DNA from: an uncultured virus (IMG/VR IMGVR_UViG_3300031088_000789)
Lineage: Duplodnaviria; Heunggongvirae; Uroviricota; Caudoviricetes
DNA: 64,000 nucleotides
IMG/VR virus record: IMGVR_UViG_3300031088_000789
Reading direction: 5' to 3' (one strand)
The notes beneath the pieces are model-generated. The model did no database searches. It was not told the origin of the DNA and worked only from the letters and a program-made list of their open reading frames with translations. A program made the position numbers and the translations under genes. This document shows positions 58,410 to 64,000 of the stretch, piece after piece. Positions within the stretch are counted from its first letter, which is position 1; each line of letters begins with the position of its first letter.

Positions 58410-58715
58410 TTGAAAAAAGTTCTCTGGTCGATCACTCTGTTTGCTCTGGCTTTTTCTGTTCAAGTAAAAGCAGGTGAAATTTGTAAAGTTCAAGTTTGTA
58501 ACAAAATTGAACGTTTCTCGCTGAATCCTATGTCACACCTTCGTGATAGTATCGGTGAATCTTGTTCTGATGTTATTGTGCCCAAAGAAGAAGCTGTTGA
58601 AGGCCGTCAAATTTCGGCTGAATCTCGCTGGTACCAAGGCTCTTTTAACCCAACGAAAGAATCTGTCACCCGTGTCAAAAAAGTCTATCAATGTAAAGAA
58701 GTTGATTTCAACTAA
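58410..58715 (+). CDS. small secreted Cys-containing protein
   Basis: TTG start; signal peptide ending VKA; 4 Cys. Confidence 0.7.
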   Translation: MKKVLWSITLFALAFSVQVKAGEICKVQVCNKIERFSLNPMSHLRDSIGESCSDVIVPKEEAVEGRQISAESRWYQGSFNPTKESVTRVKKVYQCKEVDFN

Positions 58716-58781
58716 ACAGATTGCAGTTGTAGTCTGTTTTTTGTATAATCAAGATATCTCTCATCACATGGTATTGTCGAA

Positions 58782-59393
58782 ATGACCCAACTGAATATTG
58801 CTAATGTTCGTTTGATTCTTGATTCCTATAGCCGTATGGGTAATATGGATGCTATTTTCTATATGCCTTTTGATTATTCCGATATAGTAAAAAATGGCTA
58901 TTCAGCTTGTTATACCATTACTGAAAAAGATTATGTTATTAGTGATAATTATAAAATTGGCTGTTTGGGTATAAGCCACATGTTAGTTCCAGATGCAAAT
59001 TTCTATATTTCTGATTTGCGGACTTTGATTGAAAATTCAAGCAATCCCTATGCTGGCTTCTATGAAATCATTGAATCTGATACTTTTCAAGTAGACGATA
59101 TTGTTTCATTTGATGTTTGCCATGATGGGAAAAAGCTGTTTGATATTCCCTTTATCATTGTTGGTGAAGATAACGTGAAATTTTATATCAAACCTATCAT
59201 TGAAACATTTGAGAAACCACAAAAGAAAAGTTTTATGGATATTATCACTCGCAATCCTTACTGGAATTGTACTTTTGTTGGTAAAACAGAACTGACTCAT
59301 AAATATCGTAAACTGGCATTCAATGACATTGTTCAAGATGATGATTTGGATGATGATTACGAATTGGCTCTCTCTACACATATTGCCGACTGA
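58782..59393 (+). CDS. hypothetical protein
   Basis: Cassette. Confidence 0.7.
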   Translation: MTQLNIANVRLILDSYSRMGNMDAIFYMPFDYSDIVKNGYSACYTITEKDYVISDNYKIGCLGISHMLVPDANFYISDLRTLIENSSNPYAGFYEIIESDTFQVDDIVSFDVCHDGKKLFDIPFIIVGEDNVKFYIKPIIETFEKPQKKSFMDIITRNPYWNCTFVGKTELTHKYRKLAFNDIVQDDDLDDDYELALSTHIAD

Positions 59394-59489
59394 TTCATTA
59401 TTGCTTGTAAAAGCTCGCTTCGGCGGGCTTTTTTGTTGTTTAAAAATATTTATTATGTTATAATTGTCATACTTTATAGGAGCACGACG

Positions 59490-59864
59490 ATGGATATCCC
59501 TCAGAAATCAAACCCTAGCTTGTGGCTTTTTCTCAAAATGTTCAATTTTGTGACGCAAGAGTTGCAGAACGACTTTTTCAAAAACCGAATTACTGCAGGT
59601 AAATTTTCTGCAGATATGTCCCTGATTTCAGGACTGTCTATCAAATTTCAAAAAGGAGAGACTTCTTTTTCAGTCTCGAAAGCTGAATTTGAGTTGCTGA
59701 GTTCTGCTTATGGCTTGATGAAAGAAGAAGTCCTGAGTTTAACGCCGCAAAGTGAAATGGATCATAAACTTCTCAACGGCTTGTTGGCAAGCTACGACGA
59801 AGGCTTTGCTATCTGGTGTGCTCAACTTCATGTTGAAGAAGCACAATACCCAGCATCGGCTTGA
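59490..59864 (+). CDS. hypothetical protein
   Basis: AGGAG RBS. Confidence 0.7.
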   Translation: MDIPQKSNPSLWLFLKMFNFVTQELQNDFFKNRITAGKFSADMSLISGLSIKFQKGETSFSVSKAEFELLSSAYGLMKEEVLSLTPQSEMDHKLLNGLLASYDEGFAIWCAQLHVEEAQYPASA

Positions 59865-59934
59865 TGGGCTTGTAAAACAATGGCTATCTTGCTATAATCA
59901 GACTTCACCAAAACAAACATTTTAGGAAAATATC

Positions 59935-60333
59935 ATGACCGATAAGAAAAAAGTCTTCTTGTTCTTGGATGATGATGCCTTTCATCCTGACAAGATTCGC
60001 CATCCACGTTACTACTACCCGCTGATTGGTGCTCAGGAGATCGAGAAGATCGCTTATGCTCCTGACACTGAAATCATCAAATTTGCAACGGTAGAGGGTG
60101 CTCAGGACTATATTCAGCGTCATGGTTGCCCCAACTTCATTTCGTTCGATAATGACCTCATGCGTGAACTGGAAGGGGTTGATTTAGCGAAGTGGCTGGT
60201 TGAACAAGACATGGACAATCCAGATTTCTTGCCCAAAGATTTCAATTTCTTTGTGCATTCACAAAATCCGATTGCCAAGGAAAAAATTTACAGCTATCTT
60301 GGTCAATACCTGACCTTCAAGGACCGTCAGTAA
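59935..60333 (+). CDS. cyclic-phosphate-processing receiver-like domain protein
   Basis: LFLDDD...ISFDNDL...G-x-DLAKWLVE...VHSQNP. Confidence 0.75.
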   Translation: MTDKKKVFLFLDDDAFHPDKIRHPRYYYPLIGAQEIEKIAYAPDTEIIKFATVEGAQDYIQRHGCPNFISFDNDLMRELEGVDLAKWLVEQDMDNPDFLPKDFNFFVHSQNPIAKEKIYSYLGQYLTFKDRQ

Positions 60334-60456
60334 GTGTTCGAAAATGCCCTTCGGGGCATTTTTCATTTCATTAAAAAGATCTTTTTTATACAAAACCATT
60401 GAGTATCCAACCTTGTTAGTGGTATAATTTATTACCAACTCAGAGAGATTTCTATT

Positions 60457-60798
60457 ATGATCGATGTGAATAAATCCCACCACAACATCAAGCCTGTTCC
60501 TTTTGTATTGGGCAATTTTTACAGGACTCAAGGTGGAAGCTTGATTCGTTTTGTGAAAGTGCATAATGAAGGCACTTCTTACGAAACCTTTGAAGATGAA
60601 TCGGGTATTCACCGTTATACTCAGCGGGATTTTGGTCGTGTAACTGGCACCTGCCATGAATACAGCGACCCTCGAAACGTTCAGCCTACTTACTCGATTG
60701 ATGTGGTTGATGGTTTGCTGGCTGAAATTGAACTCTTGAAAACACAATTGTCATCTCTGCAACCTGCTCTCGAAGTTGAAGTGTCTGATCTGTCATAG
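60457..60798 (+). CDS. hypothetical protein
   Basis: Cassette. Confidence 0.7.
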   Translation: MIDVNKSHHNIKPVPFVLGNFYRTQGGSLIRFVKVHNEGTSYETFEDESGIHRYTQRDFGRVTGTCHEYSDPRNVQPTYSIDVVDGLLAEIELLKTQLSSLQPALEVEVSDLS

Positions 60799-60930
60799 TT
60801 TGGACACTTTTAAAAAGCTCCTTACGGGGCTTTTTTTATTTCTGTTGATTTAATTGTGAATTAAATAAATCCTTTTTGGTTCTCTTGATGTGTGGTATAA
60901 TGAATCATCAAAACTAATGGAAATACTGTT

Positions 60931-61353
60931 ATGTCTGAAGTCACTCAACAAGAAGTTCAAGAAAAAGAAACTTGGACGAACTCTGAAATGTCGGCTGTTT
61001 TGGATGAGCTTGAAACAGCTTTACACTTGATGGACTACAGTTCTGTTGAAAATGGTGCAGCAGAAAGTGGTTGGGAATTGCTGAATCGTCTTCGCTCGAA
61101 ACAAAATCGAATGGGGCCACATTTTGAGCGTATCTATCAGGATAAGTCTTGCAAGATCTGTCAAAAAAGCTTTGGCCATTCCAGCCGTGGCAGAAAAATG
61201 GATGAACATCAGCAACACAGTTTGGGAATGAGCCATATCAAGGATGTTCATGGTATTGATGATTATGCTGAACGAAAAGCCAATATCGTTGATTCTGGTT
61301 ACGTGGTGGTTGAATTTGTCAATCGACAAGCTTACCTTGATACGTTAAAATAA
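60931..61353 (+). CDS. C2H2-like zinc finger protein, paralog of 57158..57577
   Basis: CKICQKSF...SHIKDVHG. Confidence 0.7.
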   Translation: MSEVTQQEVQEKETWTNSEMSAVLDELETALHLMDYSSVENGAAESGWELLNRLRSKQNRMGPHFERIYQDKSCKICQKSFGHSSRGRKMDEHQQHSLGMSHIKDVHGIDDYAERKANIVDSGYVVVEFVNRQAYLDTLK

Positions 61354-61446
61354 TAATATTTTCAACATTAAGCCACTTCCGAGTGGCTTTTTTATTGCCT
61401 ATAATTTAGATTTATTGTATAATAAGTCATCTCAATAGGTGATCTT

Positions 61447-61845
61447 ATGAAAAATTTAGCTGTAGTAACTCGTGTTCATTACTCTGTTGAACTCACCCAA
61501 AAACAGTTTGAGGTGTTAGAAGCTCGCTTTAATCGTGACTTTTACGCTGATAGTAAATGCGATCTGCTCTCGATCTTGTCTGGGGTCACTCACGCAGATG
61601 AGGTTAATTTTGATGGTCACTTTGGGGCAGCGGTTTATTTCAGCCTTGATGCTGATTATTTGGCTGATGCAGAAGTGATTGCCGCTATGATCAAAATGTA
61701 TGCCAATAAAAAACCATTGGTAAGCATCTTTGAAGAATCATTGAAATCCAATTACAGCCATCGGGAAAATACTAAGTTCATTTCTGGATTTGAGTCCCGT
61801 CTTGGTCGTTATAAAACTTCTGACGGTCAGGTTAAATTCCTTTAA
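61447..61845 (+). CDS. hypothetical protein
   Basis: AGGTG RBS. Confidence 0.7.
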   Translation: MKNLAVVTRVHYSVELTQKQFEVLEARFNRDFYADSKCDLLSILSGVTHADEVNFDGHFGAAVYFSLDADYLADAEVIAAMIKMYANKKPLVSIFEESLKSNYSHRENTKFISGFESRLGRYKTSDGQVKFL

Positions 61846-61916
61846 ACCCTTGTTTTAAATTGACTTATAAAGGTTATTCGTTTAGAATAGCCCTATTAAT
61901 TCAATGAGGTTCTGTT

Positions 61917-62345
61917 ATGACCACCTATGTTTTTCGCACTCGCAAAGATCAAGTTGTTGCTGGTGTTGTCATTGCTGATACAGAACAGGCTCTGTTTGAA
62001 AAACTGGATGTAGAATCTGAGCCTACGCTGTTCGAGTATTCCAAAGTGGGCGATTCTGCTCATTGGTTTGAAGATCGCCAAGTCTGGTTGACTTTTAAGG
62101 ATGATGATTCCTACACCCTTGAACCGGCTGTTGGCTTGCTCAAAGAATTCACGCTTGCTCTTCAACGCGAATTGGCTGATCCTAAGTTTGATGATTACAC
62201 TTGCTTTGTGATGGCCCGCAAAGACCTCGAAAAAGACGATTTGGCAGCAGCCATTGAGCGAATTCTTGTAGATATTGATAAACTCATTTCACTTGATCAT
62301 GATCTTTATGAATATATTCGTTATATTCTTAACGTGACACGATAA
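61917..62345 (+). CDS. hypothetical protein, N-terminal half paralogous to next gene
   Basis: TYVFRTRKD vs TYIIRNRND. Confidence 0.75.
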   Translation: MTTYVFRTRKDQVVAGVVIADTEQALFEKLDVESEPTLFEYSKVGDSAHWFEDRQVWLTFKDDDSYTLEPAVGLLKEFTLALQRELADPKFDDYTCFVMARKDLEKDDLAAAIERILVDIDKLISLDHDLYEYIRYILNVTR

Positions 62346-62358
62346 GGATAGTCTCAAG

Positions 62359-62586
62359 ATGGCGACTTACATTATTCGTAACCGTAATGATAAAAATATC
62401 AGTGGTTGCATTGGTGTTAAAAGCGTTCAAGAGCTTTTTGAGCGAATTGATGAAAATCGGCACCCTTTTGATTTTGAATTCTGCCTTGCTGATCCTCACA
62501 GTTTTTGGTTTGATGAAACCACTAAATGGTTTGTATTCAAACCAATGAAAAACTTCTATGAGGTTCCCCAACTAGTTCAATCGTAA
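62359..62586 (+). CDS. hypothetical protein, tandem paralog
   Basis: TAAGGA RBS. Confidence 0.7.
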   Translation: MATYIIRNRNDKNISGCIGVKSVQELFERIDENRHPFDFEFCLADPHSFWFDETTKWFVFKPMKNFYEVPQLVQS

Positions 62587-62688
62587 TCTTCCTGATACTA
62601 TCAAAACCTGATTAATTTCAGGTTTTTCTGTTTTCTTTTTATCTATTTCCTGATATACTCAGGTATCTAAAAATACTAGGTAACCATT

Positions 62689-63276
62689 ATGTCCGCTTCT
62701 ATTAAATCACTACCTTTGCAAGATGTCATTGTTCAACTTTTGAAATCCAATGGATTAAGAGCTTTGGTTGCTGGCACATCTAATAAACAGGAAACTCAAA
62801 TTGAAGTTTATAATGAAGAACGCCAAACTTATATCTCTATTGGCACTGTTTATGATGGCAACATGGCTTATCTGGATAAAAAGTTTAATTCAAAGGCATA
62901 TAATATTATTTTGAATATGTCAGATAAATCTATTTACGATGTTCTTATAGACGCTTATTCTAAAAATATCATATTTAAGGAAAAATACGATCATCTTTTG
63001 AATCAATCTCGACCTCTACGATATTCTCTTTGTGATCCTGTTTTTTATTACAATAAACGTTCTAAAAAATTATATGCAATTCCACGTATTGACGTTTTGT
63101 CGATGAATTCTTTTTCAACAATTCATTATGTGCCTAGCTTATTGGTAAAGGTAGATGATGCCGTAAACTACACTTATAAAAAATTTTATGATAGTGTTTT
63201 TCAAAAAATTTTAGAAAAACCTTTGAATCAATATACCGAAGATGAACTCACTGTTTTTCATATGGCAAACATTTAA
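62689..63276 (+). CDS. hypothetical protein with C-terminal ELTVFHMANI tail
   Basis: Cassette. Confidence 0.75.
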   Translation: MSASIKSLPLQDVIVQLLKSNGLRALVAGTSNKQETQIEVYNEERQTYISIGTVYDGNMAYLDKKFNSKAYNIILNMSDKSIYDVLIDAYSKNIIFKEKYDHLLNQSRPLRYSLCDPVFYYNKRSKKLYAIPRIDVLSMNSFSTIHYVPSLLVKVDDAVNYTYKKFYDSVFQKILEKPLNQYTEDELTVFHMANI

Positions 63277-63338
63277 AGGGTTGATGGACCCTTTTTTTTA
63301 TTGTATAATAAGCCATCTACAGACAAGGATACCTTGCA

Positions 63339-63500
63339 ATGATTACAGCACTCAACGAAATTAAATCAGTTGAACAATCCACTTTTCTTCTGGATCTTTT
63401 TCAATACCATGTTGATGAAACGGGTCAGCTTCGTTTGTTGAAAATTGATCAGCAGCGTATTCAAGAAGATAATCAGGCCGTAGAAGAGATTTCTGCCTAA
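63339..63500 (+). CDS. small hypothetical protein
   Basis: Promoter, AAGGA RBS. Confidence 0.55.
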   Translation: MITALNEIKSVEQSTFLLDLFQYHVDETGQLRLLKIDQQRIQEDNQAVEEISA

Positions 63501-63541
63501 TTGTCTTAATAACTTTTTATATCAATTTCTGAGGTTTTTCT

Positions 63542-63784
63542 ATGTCTGACGGTAAAGTTGTCAATCCAGCAGGTGAACGCATTTCTGTATGTGGTAATTC
63601 CTACTACTCAGTCCAATATGGGTTGTGTGTTGGCATTGCTTTTTTCAAAGATGATATCTGGTGTTTCACTGGCTATCCGGCTGTTCATACCGACGAACTG
63701 AAGTATGACATGGTGGTTTTCAAGCATATCATTAGACATGATGATTTGCTCACTGATGCGAATCTTCTGCGAGTTAAATCCTAA
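63542..63784 (+). CDS. hypothetical protein
   Basis: GAGG RBS. Confidence 0.7.
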   Translation: MSDGKVVNPAGERISVCGNSYYSVQYGLCVGIAFFKDDIWCFTGYPAVHTDELKYDMVVFKHIIRHDDLLTDANLLRVKS

Positions 63785-63885
63785 TCTTTTTCTTTTAATT
63801 AAGAGCCTTTAATGGCTCTTTTTTATTGCTTAAAAAACTTATTTTTGCTATACTAGACCTATCAAAACCCAATGAGATTATCGCT

Positions 63886-64000
63886 ATGACCAATGTTATT
63901 GAACTCATTTCTGGCTTTCAAACTGCAGCGGCTCAACTGCGTGAGCAGCAAGAGAAAACTCTGCCAGTTTTGGGGTTGTATGGTGATGATTGTCAATACA
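63886..64000 (+). CDS. hypothetical protein, 5' end (truncated by window edge)
   Basis: Promoter and ATG; frame open to the edge. Confidence 0.6.
   Translation, partial: MTNVIELISGFQTAAAQLREQQEKTLPVLGLYGDDCQY

Noticed and set aside
1..64000. Integron cassette array
   Set aside because: No attC-like imperfect palindromes with RYYYAAC/GTTRRRY ends and no integrase; the cassettes carry their own promoters.

Overview
AT-rich accessory region of a very large mobile element, either a jumbo phage or a phage-like megaplasmid, probably of a Gammaproteobacterial host. No structural, replication or conjugation hallmark gene in this window decides between them. About 125 mostly short, mostly + strand genes are present, largely as stand-alone cassettes (sigma70-type promoter, RBS, ORF, intrinsic terminator). 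Recognisable products: two T4 Rnl1-like RNA ligases, a cyclic-phosphate-processing receiver-like protein, cytidine deaminase, thymidine kinase, a Nudix hydrolase, three GNATs, HNH, endonuclease VII-like and zinc-repeat PD-(D/E)XK nucleases, a SleB-like wall hydrolase, a permuted SLOG protein, pilin-like and secreted proteins, and a 400-bp internally deleted IS607 inserted in a terminator. Seven tRNAs are present (Leu-UAA x3, Leu-CAA x2, Ile2-like CAU, Arg-UCU); they read the codons TTA/TTG/ATA/AGA used by an AT-rich gene subclass. The most unusual signals: (i) a ~225-bp module repeated three times right behind tRNAs, with an antisense 15-codon minigene ending in AGA/ATA-TTA and a candidate complementary sRNA; (ii) a 167-nt tRNA-like RNA with a pseudoknotted core and an internal SD-ATG-AAA-TAA minigene; (iii) several unannotated structured RNAs, including a ~265-nt multi-helix RNA between two tRNA-Leu genes; (iv) a shared C-terminal phi-phi-x-M-x-x-I tail on unrelated proteins; (v) a triplicated basic 42-44 aa peptide. 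All calls were made by eye; no database search was run.
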